64,000 bases of DNA from Eubacterium sp. (GTDB lineage Bacteria; Bacillota; Clostridia; Lachnospirales; Lachnospiraceae), in assembly GCA_022791495.1 (NCBI GenBank), contig JAAVZE010000001.1, forward strand, positions 8,035 through 72,034, written 5' to 3'. Under the pieces are notes generated by a model. The model was not told where the DNA came from. It was given only the letters and a program-made list of their open reading frames with translations, and made no database searches. Position numbers and translations under genes: made by a program. Of this stretch, positions 1 to 9,706 are shown piece after piece; position 1 is the first letter of the stretch, and every line of letters starts with the position of its first letter.

Positions 1-674
1 ACATCCGCATCTTTCGTTCCCTCCATCACATCTTCTGTCAGCGTAATAGAGGCTCCGCTATCCTTCGCGTAATTCCGACACTGCGCCACCAGATTTTCCT
101 TGGGAAAATATTCTTTAGGCGCACAGGCCACAAAATCCATTCCCATTTTGGCACAGGCAATCATAAGTGAATTCCCCATATTATAACGGGCATCTCCCAT
201 ATAAACGAGCTTGATCCCCTTTAAGGTGCCAAATTGTTCCCGGATTGTCAAAAGATCCGCAAGCATCTGGGTGGGATGATACTCATTGGTCAGCCCATTC
301 CAAACCGGAACCCCGGCATACTGTGCCAGTTCTTCCACAATCTCCTGTCCGTATCCACGATATTCTATCCCGTCAAACATTCTGCCCAGCACCCGTGCAG
401 TATCCGCGATGCTCTCCTTCTTTCCAATCTGAGAACTCTGGGGATCCAGATACGTCACTCCCATTCCCAGATCATGGGCTGCCACCTCAAAGGAGCAGCG
501 AGTTCTGGTACTGGTCTTTTCAAAAATCAGAGCAATATTTTTTCCCTCCAGCTCCCGGTGAGGAATGCCCTTTCGTTTTTTATCCTTCAATTCCTCTGAC
601 AGATCAAGAAAATATGTAATTTCCTCCGGTGTAAAATCCTTTAATGTCAAAAAGTTCTTCTCTTTTAAATCCAC
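1..674 (-). CDS. argF: Ornithine carbamoyltransferase (3' end runs off the window)
   Basis: Not in the ORF track. Manual translation from GTG at 674 (RBS AAGGAGG) gives [19 protein letters not shown]...[16 protein letters not shown]...HPTQMLADL, containing the STRT and HPxQ carbamoyltransferase motifs. Confidence 0.93.
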   Translation of the reverse strand, partial: MDLKEKNFLTLKDFTPEEITYFLDLSEELKDKKRKGIPHRELEGKNIALIFEKTSTRTRCSFEVAAHDLGMGVTYLDPQSSQIGKKESIADTARVLGRMFDGIEYRGYGQEIVEELAQYAGVPVWNGLTNEYHPTQMLADLLTIREQFGTLKGIKLVYMGDARYNMGNSLMIACAKMGMDFVACAPKEYFPKENLVAQCRNYAKDSGASITLTEDVMEGTKDAD

Positions 675-805
675 GATTCTTCCTCCTTATCCTGGCTCAA
701 TGGTGCCACGTCTATGATGTATGAAAGAGGGTTTTCATCTGTCCTCCCCGGACAAAAGAATTCCCTCTTTTTATCCAAACTATTTTAACCAGTCGTACTG
801 AATCC

Positions 806-1771
806 TCAGCTCTCCTTTACGCTTTCCACCAATGATTTTGCAAGCCCTGCCACACCCTGGATCTCCGACGGAATAATGATCTTCGTTGCTTTTCCATCAG
901 CCGCTTTCTCAAAGGCTTCCAGGCTCTTGATCGTAAGAACACCCTGGGATGGTGCTGCTTCATTCAGATAACGAATACCCTCAGCAGTCGCCTTCTGTAC
1001 CGCCTCGATTGCCTGAGCGCGACCCTCTGCTTCACGGATCATGGCTTCCTTCTTCGCCTCCGCACGCAGAATCGCAGCTTCCTTCTCTGCCTCTGCTTCC
1101 AGGATCGCAGATTCTTTTTTACCCTCTGCTACAAGCACCGTGGACTTTTTCTCACCCTCCGCACGAAGGATGGATTCACGTCTTTCACGCTCCGCCTTCA
1201 TCTGCTTCTCCATGGAATCCTGAATCTCTCTCGGCGGAATGATATTTTTCAGCTCCACACGGTTAACTTTGATCCCCCATGGATCCGTAGCGATATCCAG
1301 GCTCGATCTCATGTGGGTGTTGATGGTCTCCCTCGAGGTCAGTGTCTGGTCAAGCTCCAGGTCTCCAATAATATTACGAAGTGTGGTAGCCGTCAGGTTT
1401 TCAATCGCCATGATCGGATTTTCCACTCCATAAGTAAACAACTTTGGATCTGTGATCTGGAAAAATACCACGGTATCGATCTGCATCGTAACATTATCCT
1501 TTGTGATCACTGGCTGTGGTGCAAAATCCATCACCTGCTCTTTCAGGTTGACTTTCCTTGCCACCCGGTCCAATATAGGAAGTTTGAAATGTATTCCTAC
1601 AGACCAGGTTCCCAGATATCCACCGAGACGCTCAATAATATACGCATGTGCCTGAGGCACGATATTGATACACGATGCCAGTATGATCAACACGATCGCT
1701 ATTAGGACGATAGTAATCACTACACCTGCGCTAATTTCAAATCCTGCTCCTGAATCTCCCATAAATTTCAC
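806..1771 (-). CDS. SPFH/band-7 (stomatin/QmcA-like) membrane protein
   Basis: N-terminal TM helix, ITKDNV motif, WGIKVNRVE, and an AEA-rich coiled coil. Confidence 0.92.
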   Translation of the reverse strand: MKFMGDSGAGFEISAGVVITIVLIAIVLIILASCINIVPQAHAYIIERLGGYLGTWSVGIHFKLPILDRVARKVNLKEQVMDFAPQPVITKDNVTMQIDTVVFFQITDPKLFTYGVENPIMAIENLTATTLRNIIGDLELDQTLTSRETINTHMRSSLDIATDPWGIKVNRVELKNIIPPREIQDSMEKQMKAERERRESILRAEGEKKSTVLVAEGKKESAILEAEAEKEAAILRAEAKKEAMIREAEGRAQAIEAVQKATAEGIRYLNEAAPSQGVLTIKSLEAFEKAADGKATKIIIPSEIQGVAGLAKSLVESVKES

Positions 1772-1827
1772 CTGTTCCTTTCCTAAACCATATATGTATC
1801 TATGGTTTAATTACGCCTGTGGCGCAT

Positions 1828-2256
1828 TTACTTCACAATTAACTTTACACCCTGGACAGATACTACCGTAACTCTTTTTCCTTCTTCAATCACACTTCCG
1901 TCCTCGCTTCTGGCTGTCCAGTCCATGCCATTTAAGGTTACTTCTCCTGTAGCCATCTCATTGTTAATCAGTTTGGAAACAACCGCTGTTTTGCCAACAA
2001 CTTCATGAATATTGGTCTTTTCCTTTTCCCGATTCAGATATCTGACAGCAAAAGGCCGGCATAATGCCATGGCAATCACAGATAACAGGGCAAAGACAGC
2101 CAGCTGTCCCCATATTCCGTAACCCAATCCGGAAACCACTGCCGCACCAATGGCACCAATTCCAAACCAGATCGTCGTCAGCCCAAGGGTCGCGACCTCT
2201 ATAATGATCATGACAGCGAGAATGATCAGCCACACAATACTGGCATTCATATTCAT
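1828..2256 (-). CDS. NfeD-family membrane protein
   Basis: Hydrophobic N-terminal half followed by an OB-like C-terminus (GEVTLNGMDWTARS...VVSVQGVKLIV); classic partner of the adjacent SPFH gene. Confidence 0.9.
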   Translation of the reverse strand: MNMNASIVWLIILAVMIIIEVATLGLTTIWFGIGAIGAAVVSGLGYGIWGQLAVFALLSVIAMALCRPFAVRYLNREKEKTNIHEVVGKTAVVSKLINNEMATGEVTLNGMDWTARSEDGSVIEEGKRVTVVSVQGVKLIVK

Positions 2257-2324
2257 TGCCTCCTTTTTATGAAATAAAAAGATACCCCTTTTATTTTACT
2301 ATATTTTTTTCTTTTGTGCAATTA

Positions 2325-3116
2325 TTATTTTTTATGTCCTCTCTGCCGGTGTACCTCATACATTAAAAGGGCAGCTGAAACCGCAGCATTCAAAGATTCC
2401 AGCTGTCCCTCCATAGGAATCTTCACTCCCACATTTGCTTTTTCCGCAGTCTCTAAACGGAGCCCTTTCGCCTCATTTCCGATCAGCAACCCTGTCCTGC
2501 CACGGTAATCAGCAAGGGTATAATCCAACTCAGCATCCAGTCTTGCAGCCGCTATCTGAAATCCCTGGCGCCTCAAAAATTCTACTTCTGTAGACATACT
2601 CTCTGTTATATAATAGGGCATTCTGTACAACGATCCCATTGTAGAGCGTACCACCTTCGGGTTAAACAGATCCACGCAGCCCTTGGACAATACCACCCCA
2701 TTCATTCCGGCCCCCTCCGCCGTCCTCATAATAGTGCCCAGATTTCCCGGATCCTGAATATCCTCCAGACATACCAGCGCTGCTCCTTCCCCTGCCAGAA
2801 TTTTTTCCCGTTCATATTCCGGCATACGAATCACGACAAGGACTCCCTGAGGGGCAGCAGTATCGGATAACTGCCGGAAAACAGCGTCAGACACCCATTC
2901 TATATTCTCTTTTCCTATTGTATGGGATAGCTTTGAAAAATATTCCTCTCCCGCGGACTCCGCCACATACATGGCCTGCACCAGTCCGTGGACCAGTCCT
3001 TCTGCTGCCATTTTAAACCCTTCCGCAATAAAGACTTTTTCCTGCCTGCGGAACCGGGAATTTCTCTTTAATTTAATAATTCGTTTGACCTGGGCATTGT
3101 TCATACTTTCAATCAT
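2325..3116 (-). CDS. TrmH/SpoU-family RNA methyltransferase
   Basis: SPOUT motifs DPGNLGTIMRTA, IGNEAKG and IPMEGQLESLNAAVS. Confidence 0.93.
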   Translation of the reverse strand: MIESMNNAQVKRIIKLKRNSRFRRQEKVFIAEGFKMAAEGLVHGLVQAMYVAESAGEEYFSKLSHTIGKENIEWVSDAVFRQLSDTAAPQGVLVVIRMPEYEREKILAGEGAALVCLEDIQDPGNLGTIMRTAEGAGMNGVVLSKGCVDLFNPKVVRSTMGSLYRMPYYITESMSTEVEFLRRQGFQIAAARLDAELDYTLADYRGRTGLLIGNEAKGLRLETAEKANVGVKIPMEGQLESLNAAVSAALLMYEVHRQRGHKK

Positions 3117-3192
3117 ACGATCTCTCTTCTTTCTATCGTTTTGTTGGGAAAAACCAGAGATTTCGGATTATAACAGCAGGACGGAGCAGCAT

Positions 3193-5793
3193 TCAGTTCT
3201 GCACCATCGAGTTTACCCTCTGGACCTCATCCCAGAACGCGGCAGCTGACATTCTCGTCGCGCCATGCCCCAGAATGATAATCTGTTCCATGCCGTCGGA
3301 GGTCGCCACCCGCACCCGGTGTTTCCCGGCAATGCGCTTCGTCGTCTTTTCGATATACATATCCGCAGTCTCTGCCTCCCTGGTATAGACGATGCTGATA
3401 TTATGAAACTGCTCCACACTGCCAGGATTTCCTTTTACCTTATAGGCATCAAATACAAGGATCAGATGACAGCCGGTATATCCCTGGTAATTACACATGA
3501 TATCCATCAGTTTCATCCTCGCGGCATCCATGCTGACACCAGAGAGCTCTTTCAAGTCGTCCCAGGCAAAAATAATATTATAACCGTCCACCAGCACATA
3601 TTCCTCCACTGGCTTTCTCTCCCGGATCTTCACCCTCTGTTTCTCTTCTTTTGCCCGAATCACTTTTGATGCGGTATTGGCTGCCCTGGACTTCACCGCG
3701 CCATAAGTCCTCTCGAAGATCGCCTGGAGTTCTTCTTCCTCGGCATAAAAATCCCTGGACTCCGCCGACACCTCTCTCCCTGCCCCACTCACCGGATTCT
3801 TCCACTGGTTTTCACCGCCCCGCCTCCTGCCGGATTCCAGTACACTCTCCAAATGCATATGCTCTGGCACTTCATTCCATTTGACCACGTAACCAGACCC
3901 ATGGGCACAGAACACAGAGTCGGGAGTATTTTCCACATCAGCCTCCGCATCGTAGCCAATCTTCTCCCTGACTTCCGCCTCATTGTGGCAGGGCAGATAG
4001 CCGCCAGGCATACAGTTCATATGCCCCCGCCCTTTGGTATAGGATGCAAATTCTACAGGATAATCCTTCATGGCGGCCACCGGGCAGATTCCGGTCAATA
4101 CTGACATGCCCGCCTGCTCGGGCAGTACCTCAAACTCTCCGCACATCCGCTTAATATCCGTCATGGCACGTCCAACATTCTCTGTAGGCAGCTCCATCCG
4201 GAACTCATAGCAGGGCTCCAGAAGAACACTCCTGGCCTGCATCAGTCCCTGACGCACAGCCCGGTATGTCGCCTGCCGAAAGTCGCCGCCCTCTGTGTGT
4301 TTGAGGTGGGCGCGGCCTGCCACCAGTGTAATCCTCATATCCGTGATGGGGGATCCGGTCAATACTCCGGCAAATTCTTTTTCTTTTAGATGCGTCAACA
4401 CCAGCCGCTGCCAGTTCAGATCCAGCTTGTCCTCACTGCATTCCGCCCCGACCACAATTCCGCTTCCCGGCGGAAGCGGTTCCATCAGAAGATGCACCTC
4501 TGCATAATGACGCAGCGGCTCGAAATGTCCCACACCCTCCACTACGTCCTGTATCGTCTCTTTATAAAGAATATTTCCCTCTCCAAACTCTGCCTCCATC
4601 CCAAAACGTTCTGCCAGAATTTCCTTCAGAACCTCCAGCTGCACCTCTCCCATAGGCTGAATAAACATCTGGTGCAGGCTCTCATCCCAGGACAGATGAA
4701 GTTTGGGATCTTCCTCCTCCAGCTGGCGAAGCTTCCCTGCCGCCATCGTCATATCTGTACCCTCTGGAAACAAAATGGAGTAGCGAAGAACTGGTTCCAG
4801 CTGTTCCCCGGCAAGATCCGTTTCAGTTCCAAGCCCCTGACCCGGATACGTATGGTTTAAACCGGTCACCGCACAAATATCTCCTGCGCTTACTTCATCG
4901 GCAGTCTCGTATTTTTCTCCAGAATAGAGCCTGATCTGGTTTACTTTCTCACCCTCTCCCAGTACCTCCTTCACACGGAGCTTCCCCCCTGTGATCTTTA
5001 TGTGGGTAAGTCGGCTGCCCTGGGCATCCCTGGATATCTTAAAAACCCTGGCACCAAAGTTTTTTTCTCTTTCTACATATGTAGAGTATTCATGAATCAT
5101 ATCCAGCAGTTCTTCCGTTCCCTCCAGTCGCAGCGCCGATCCAAAACAGCAGGGAAAGAGTTTTCTATGGGCAATCAGGGAACGCAGATCCTCTGGGAGC
5201 TCCAGCGCGCCCTGCTCCAGATATTTCTCCAGGAGTTCCTCATCACATACGGCAGCTTCTTCTATAAATTCCTCGGAGCCTGTATCTGTAAAATCAACAC
5301 AGCCAGGAGAAAGCTTCAGTTTCATCTCCTTTATTATCTGCTGCCTGTCTGTTCCAGGAAGATCCATTTTATTTACAAACAAAAAAACAGGGATCTGATA
5401 ATGCTCCAAAAGTTTCCACAGCGTCTCAGTGTGCCCCTGGACACCATCTGTCCCACTGACCACCAGCACCGCATAATCCAGTACCTGAAGCGTCCTCTCC
5501 ATCTCTGCTGAAAAGTCTACATGCCCCGGCGTATCCAAAAGGGTGATCTCTGTATCTCTCCAAACCATCCTCGCCTGTTTGGAAAAGATCGTGATGCCCC
5601 TCTGCCGCTCATGTATATCCGTATCCAGAAAGGTATCCTGATGATCCACCCGGCCGGCTTTTCGAATCGCACCACAGGCATAGAGCATCGCCTCTGACAA
5701 GGTGGTCTTTCCCGCATCCACGTGGGCCAGAAGAGCGATACTGACACTTTTTGAAGTTTTTTTATTCCATCTATTTTTAGACGTATCTTCCAT
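3193..5793 (-). CDS. EF-G/TetM-like translational GTPase with a C-terminal NYN (YacP/Rae1-like) domain
   Basis: G motifs AHVDAGKTT, RGITI, DTPGH and NKMD; C-terminal LVDGYNII...VFDA...ETAD...VATSD NYN motifs. Confidence 0.9.
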   Translation of the reverse strand: MEDTSKNRWNKKTSKSVSIALLAHVDAGKTTLSEAMLYACGAIRKAGRVDHQDTFLDTDIHERQRGITIFSKQARMVWRDTEITLLDTPGHVDFSAEMERTLQVLDYAVLVVSGTDGVQGHTETLWKLLEHYQIPVFLFVNKMDLPGTDRQQIIKEMKLKLSPGCVDFTDTGSEEFIEEAAVCDEELLEKYLEQGALELPEDLRSLIAHRKLFPCCFGSALRLEGTEELLDMIHEYSTYVEREKNFGARVFKISRDAQGSRLTHIKITGGKLRVKEVLGEGEKVNQIRLYSGEKYETADEVSAGDICAVTGLNHTYPGQGLGTETDLAGEQLEPVLRYSILFPEGTDMTMAAGKLRQLEEEDPKLHLSWDESLHQMFIQPMGEVQLEVLKEILAERFGMEAEFGEGNILYKETIQDVVEGVGHFEPLRHYAEVHLLMEPLPPGSGIVVGAECSEDKLDLNWQRLVLTHLKEKEFAGVLTGSPITDMRITLVAGRAHLKHTEGGDFRQATYRAVRQGLMQARSVLLEPCYEFRMELPTENVGRAMTDIKRMCGEFEVLPEQAGMSVLTGICPVAAMKDYPVEFASYTKGRGHMNCMPGGYLPCHNEAEVREKIGYDAEADVENTPDSVFCAHGSGYVVKWNEVPEHMHLESVLESGRRRGGENQWKNPVSGAGREVSAESRDFYAEEEELQAIFERTYGAVKSRAANTASKVIRAKEEKQRVKIRERKPVEEYVLVDGYNIIFAWDDLKELSGVSMDAARMKLMDIMCNYQGYTGCHLILVFDAYKVKGNPGSVEQFHNISIVYTREAETADMYIEKTTKRIAGKHRVRVATSDGMEQIIILGHGATRMSAAAFWDEVQRVNSMVQN

Positions 5794-5847
5794 AGAAAAT
5801 ACCCCTTCCTGTGTTTTATGTTACAAGTACTATAATAATACCATATA

Positions 5848-6522
5848 CTATTGTAGATTGTTGAACTTTTCGTATAATGATCCTTCGTTTATGTCATAGT
5901 AAAAATCTAGATGAATATGATCTGCTTTGCAAATGGAAATCATATAATTTCTGTTCTCAAATGTTTCTAAACAACATGACAATTTATCATCAAAAACATC
6001 AAATGAATTTAATGGAATTGACAAACCTTTTCCTGCCCACTTGACATACGCTTCCTTTTTGGTCCATACTTCATAAAAATGCTTAGATACGTTTTTATTG
6101 TCATTTTCTATATAGATTTTTTCTTTCTGACAAAAAAAACGGCTTACTATCCCGCTGTCATATTCCCTGATTTTCTCAACATCAACCCCTACTGGATTTC
6201 TCGATACTGCCACTGCAATAGCATTTCTTGTATGTGAAATGTTATAATGAAAATCAGGTATTCCAGCAAGGAATGGTTTCCCATATTCATTCGTCTCAAA
6301 TCTCAATTTAGAATTATTGACATCTAAATAGTTGCAGGCAAGATAGCGTACCAATAAATCAGATACAGCACTTAGCTTTTTATCGAAATCAAAATGAAAC
6401 CTCCATATTCTTTCTCTTTTCTCCGTGGATAATAGATTTAACAAATGTTCATAGGATAAAAATGGGATTTTGTCATCTAATTCAACAAAGTACACTTTAT
6501 TTTCCATCTGTTTCTGTTGCAT
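5848..6522 (-). CDS. Sfp-type 4'-phosphopantetheinyl transferase
   Basis: YGKP, YNISH, VGVDVE and WTKKEAYVKWAGKGL motifs. Confidence 0.9.
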   Translation of the reverse strand: MQQKQMENKVYFVELDDKIPFLSYEHLLNLLSTEKRERIWRFHFDFDKKLSAVSDLLVRYLACNYLDVNNSKLRFETNEYGKPFLAGIPDFHYNISHTRNAIAVAVSRNPVGVDVEKIREYDSGIVSRFFCQKEKIYIENDNKNVSKHFYEVWTKKEAYVKWAGKGLSIPLNSFDVFDDKLSCCLETFENRNYMISICKADHIHLDFYYDINEGSLYEKFNNLQ

Positions 6523-6579
6523 ATTTTCATTTCCTCATGCTCGTATAAAATAAATAACTTAAATCAAAACTTCTTCTCT

Positions 6580-7392
6580 CTATCTCAAGTCCGGCACTTT
6601 CCTGCTCTCCTTTATTACATTGACATACATGGCAGCTTTCCGGGTCACCGTTCTCGGACACATCCGGGATAACAGGTTTGCCGCTTTGGTCTGCCATCCA
6701 TAATAAACCAGCGCTTTCCCCTTCATCATCCCTACATACCCGGCACGGGCAACAGACGCCGCATCGGATACATGCAGCATTTTAAACATTCTGGAATCCT
6801 GCAGACCTGCATTTTGTTCAAACCCGGTAGCCACCGGTCCTGGACAAAGCGCCGTCACAGTAACATGATAGGGTTTGAGTTCTTCTGAAAGCGCTTCCGA
6901 AAAGGAACGCACAAAACTCTTAGACGCATAATATACAGACATGTAAGGCCCAGCGCAAAAAGATGCCAGCGATGATACATTTAAGATCTTTCCTTTCCTA
7001 TTTTTACGCATATCTTCCCCAAATAAATACGTCAAATGCACCAACGCCGTGATATTAACATCGATCATATTTTTATGCCGCTGCCATCCCGTATCAAAAA
7101 AACAATTATGGTCACCAAACCCTACATTATTTACCAGGATCTGCACCCGCCAGCCCTGGGACTTCACATAGCGGTATATGTTCTCCGGTGCCCGGTCTTC
7201 TGCCAGATCAGCGGAAATAATCTCTACATCTATGTCGTAAGCGTCCTCCAGTGCGGTCTTAATCTTTTTTAGTCGTCCTTTATTTCTTGCAACTAATATC
7301 AGAGATCTTCCTCTTGCTGCAAAAATCTTTGCAAATTCAAGTCCGATACCACCGGTTGCACCAGTGATCAATGTATAAGCAGCCATTACCAT
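6580..7392 (-). CDS. Short-chain dehydrogenase/reductase (SDR)
   Basis: TGATGGIG Rossmann motif and YYASK catalytic motif. Confidence 0.92.
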   Translation of the reverse strand: MVMAAYTLITGATGGIGLEFAKIFAARGRSLILVARNKGRLKKIKTALEDAYDIDVEIISADLAEDRAPENIYRYVKSQGWRVQILVNNVGFGDHNCFFDTGWQRHKNMIDVNITALVHLTYLFGEDMRKNRKGKILNVSSLASFCAGPYMSVYYASKSFVRSFSEALSEELKPYHVTVTALCPGPVATGFEQNAGLQDSRMFKMLHVSDAASVARAGYVGMMKGKALVYYGWQTKAANLLSRMCPRTVTRKAAMYVNVIKESRKVPDLR

Positions 7393-7588
7393 ATTACCCC
7401 TTTCTCCTTAAAAGCCGGGGGCACGCCCCATAATCTTTAAAATTAACGTTTATTGTAACATATGTAACCATCTATGTAAAGCCATCGCCTTTTTGACATG
7501 CACTTCCCGCTCCCCGCGTTATATACTAATAACAAAACATAAATTCTGGACATATTTCACAGAAGAGTGACAAAGGAGTAGACATACA

Positions 7589-8473
7589 ATGACAAAAGAA
7601 ATAGAATGGAAGGAACGGTTTAATATTGGCGTAGAAAATATAGATAAAGCACATCAGAACCTTTTTTCAATTGTGCGAAAACTTATCTACCTCAATCAAG
7701 AGGAAAAGAAAGGACAATGGGCATGCGCCGAGGGAATCAAATATTTTAAAAATTACGCAGTCAAACATTTTGCCGAAGAAGAAGCATATATGCTCTCCAT
7801 CCATTATCCTGGATATGAGATACACAAGCGTCTGCACGATGATCTTCGTTATAAAACACTACCAGCCCTTGATCGGGATTTAGTGATGTCAGAATATTCA
7901 CCAGAATCCATCCGACATTTCCTTGGAATCTGCCTTGGATGGCTGAGCGGTCACATTCTGGTTGAGGACCGCGCCATAACAGGGAATATTTCAGCCAAAT
8001 GGAAAAAAGAGCAGTCTGTACTAAATATTGAAACATTAGAAACCGCTATCGCTGATACCATAGAGGAAATCTTTAAACGACAGACCAACATTGTCAGCGA
8101 GCACTATGGCGGAGAAGATTTCGGAACATGCCTGATTTTCCGACAGACGTATCAGCACCGTGAAAACAAGAGATTACAGGTCTTTTTTATTCTGGAAGAA
8201 CGCCTGATTTTACAAACCGTCGGTGCTATGCTTGGTATAAATTTAAGTAAAATTGATAAAATGGTCAGTGAGGCCGGAAAAGAACTGTCACAGCAGGTAA
8301 TACAAAGAATTGGCTTAAATTTCCAATCCTCTGGGCAATATAAACCAGTGGACAATCATATCATAACAAAGGAACAGCTGCAACAGGAATTTAATTTAGC
8401 ATATCCTGATTACGGTCTGCTGTTAGATACGGGATATGGTTACTTTGCATTTTGTATTAAAGCGGAAGTATAA
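7589..8473 (+). CDS. Bacteriohemerythrin domain fused to a possible CheX/CheC-like C-terminal domain
   Basis: W...IDKAH...HFAEEE...H...H...WL..HI..ED hemerythrin ligand pattern; the C-terminal assignment is tentative. Confidence 0.75.
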   Translation: MTKEIEWKERFNIGVENIDKAHQNLFSIVRKLIYLNQEEKKGQWACAEGIKYFKNYAVKHFAEEEAYMLSIHYPGYEIHKRLHDDLRYKTLPALDRDLVMSEYSPESIRHFLGICLGWLSGHILVEDRAITGNISAKWKKEQSVLNIETLETAIADTIEEIFKRQTNIVSEHYGGEDFGTCLIFRQTYQHRENKRLQVFFILEERLILQTVGAMLGINLSKIDKMVSEAGKELSQQVIQRIGLNFQSSGQYKPVDNHIITKEQLQQEFNLAYPDYGLLLDTGYGYFAFCIKAEV

Positions 8474-8516
8474 AATGAGTAGCACCATCAAAACACCCTG
8501 GTAATACCGATTTGAG

Positions 8517-9638
8517 CTAACTCGTCCTCTTATCCACATCCTCTTTCAGCAGTCGGTAAACTGCAGAGGCGAGTGGTACAAAGAGCAGCATGCCGCTGAC
8601 GCCCATCACGCTTCCTCCCACTGTAACCGCCGCCAGCACCCAGATTCCCGGCAGGCCGATGGAAGCCCCAACTACTCTGGGATAGATCAACTGCCCTTCC
8701 AGCTGCTGCAGGATCACCAGAAAGATCACAAATACGACAGCTTGAACCGGGGATTCTGTAGCAATCATTAAAAATCCCACCGCCCCGCCAATATAAGCTC
8801 CCGCCACCGGGATCAATGCAGTAAAACCGATTAATGCCCCGATCATACCTGCGTAGGGCATGCGGAGCACCAGCAGTCCGATGGCACACAAACTGCCCAG
8901 AATCACCGCTTCCAGACACTGCCCTACGATAAAATTGTGAAAACTCTCATTGAACACTCCAAGAAAATAACGGACCTTTTCATATATACCAATACTTATA
9001 TAAGCTTTCGCCATCCGTTTTATCTGGGACAATATTTTCTTCTTTCCTGCCAGCAGATATACAGAAAATATTATGCTCATAATAATATTAAAAGTAGTGG
9101 AAAAAGTTGCTGTAACCACACTCCCTACCAGCCCCATCGCTCCTCCCAGACTGCCTGCCATCCAATCTGCAGCCTTTGTTACGATGCTCTGCCAGTCAAT
9201 ATTCCCATTTGCCGTCATTGTACCAAACTCTTTTACAAACCCGCTCATTTCCTGATTGTTCTGCAGCATACCAGATATCTGATCCATCAACGGCGGGATC
9301 TTGGCAATAAGTACCTTCACACAATTGGTAAGTTCCGGCAGGATAAGACCTATGATCAAAGCAATAATTCCAATCAAGCACAAATATGAACCCAAAATAC
9401 ATACAATTCTTCTGCTCTTATTCAAAAATCGATTATGGGTATGAGGAAAATAGATACGCTCAAAAACACTCATCAATATATTGACTGCATAAGCAACTAC
9501 AAAACCAAGAATCAACGGCGATGCCGCATGAAAGGCAAGCCCAATCCCCCCTGCAATCACGGACCAGTAATGGATAAATAAATAGATCACTATGATCGTA
9601 ACCCCCGTCCGAATACATGTCCGAGTATCCAATTTCAT
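8517..9638 (-). CDS. AI-2E family transporter
   Basis: Multi-TM protein with LIPVAGAYIG and QQLEGQLIYPRVVGASIGLP signatures. Confidence 0.9.
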   Translation of the reverse strand: MKLDTRTCIRTGVTIIVIYLFIHYWSVIAGGIGLAFHAASPLILGFVVAYAVNILMSVFERIYFPHTHNRFLNKSRRIVCILGSYLCLIGIIALIIGLILPELTNCVKVLIAKIPPLMDQISGMLQNNQEMSGFVKEFGTMTANGNIDWQSIVTKAADWMAGSLGGAMGLVGSVVTATFSTTFNIIMSIIFSVYLLAGKKKILSQIKRMAKAYISIGIYEKVRYFLGVFNESFHNFIVGQCLEAVILGSLCAIGLLVLRMPYAGMIGALIGFTALIPVAGAYIGGAVGFLMIATESPVQAVVFVIFLVILQQLEGQLIYPRVVGASIGLPGIWVLAAVTVGGSVMGVSGMLLFVPLASAVYRLLKEDVDKRTS

Positions 9639-9706
9639 CCTACCCCTCCATTCCTAATAGGCCTATTAAATCCCATCGTTTTATGTCTTCATTATGTGGC
9701 AATGTA

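Noticed and set aside
3193-5793. Tetracycline-resistance gene (tetM/tetW)
   Set aside because: It has a NYN extension and a housekeeping context with no mobile-element signs; better treated as a paralogous GTPase.
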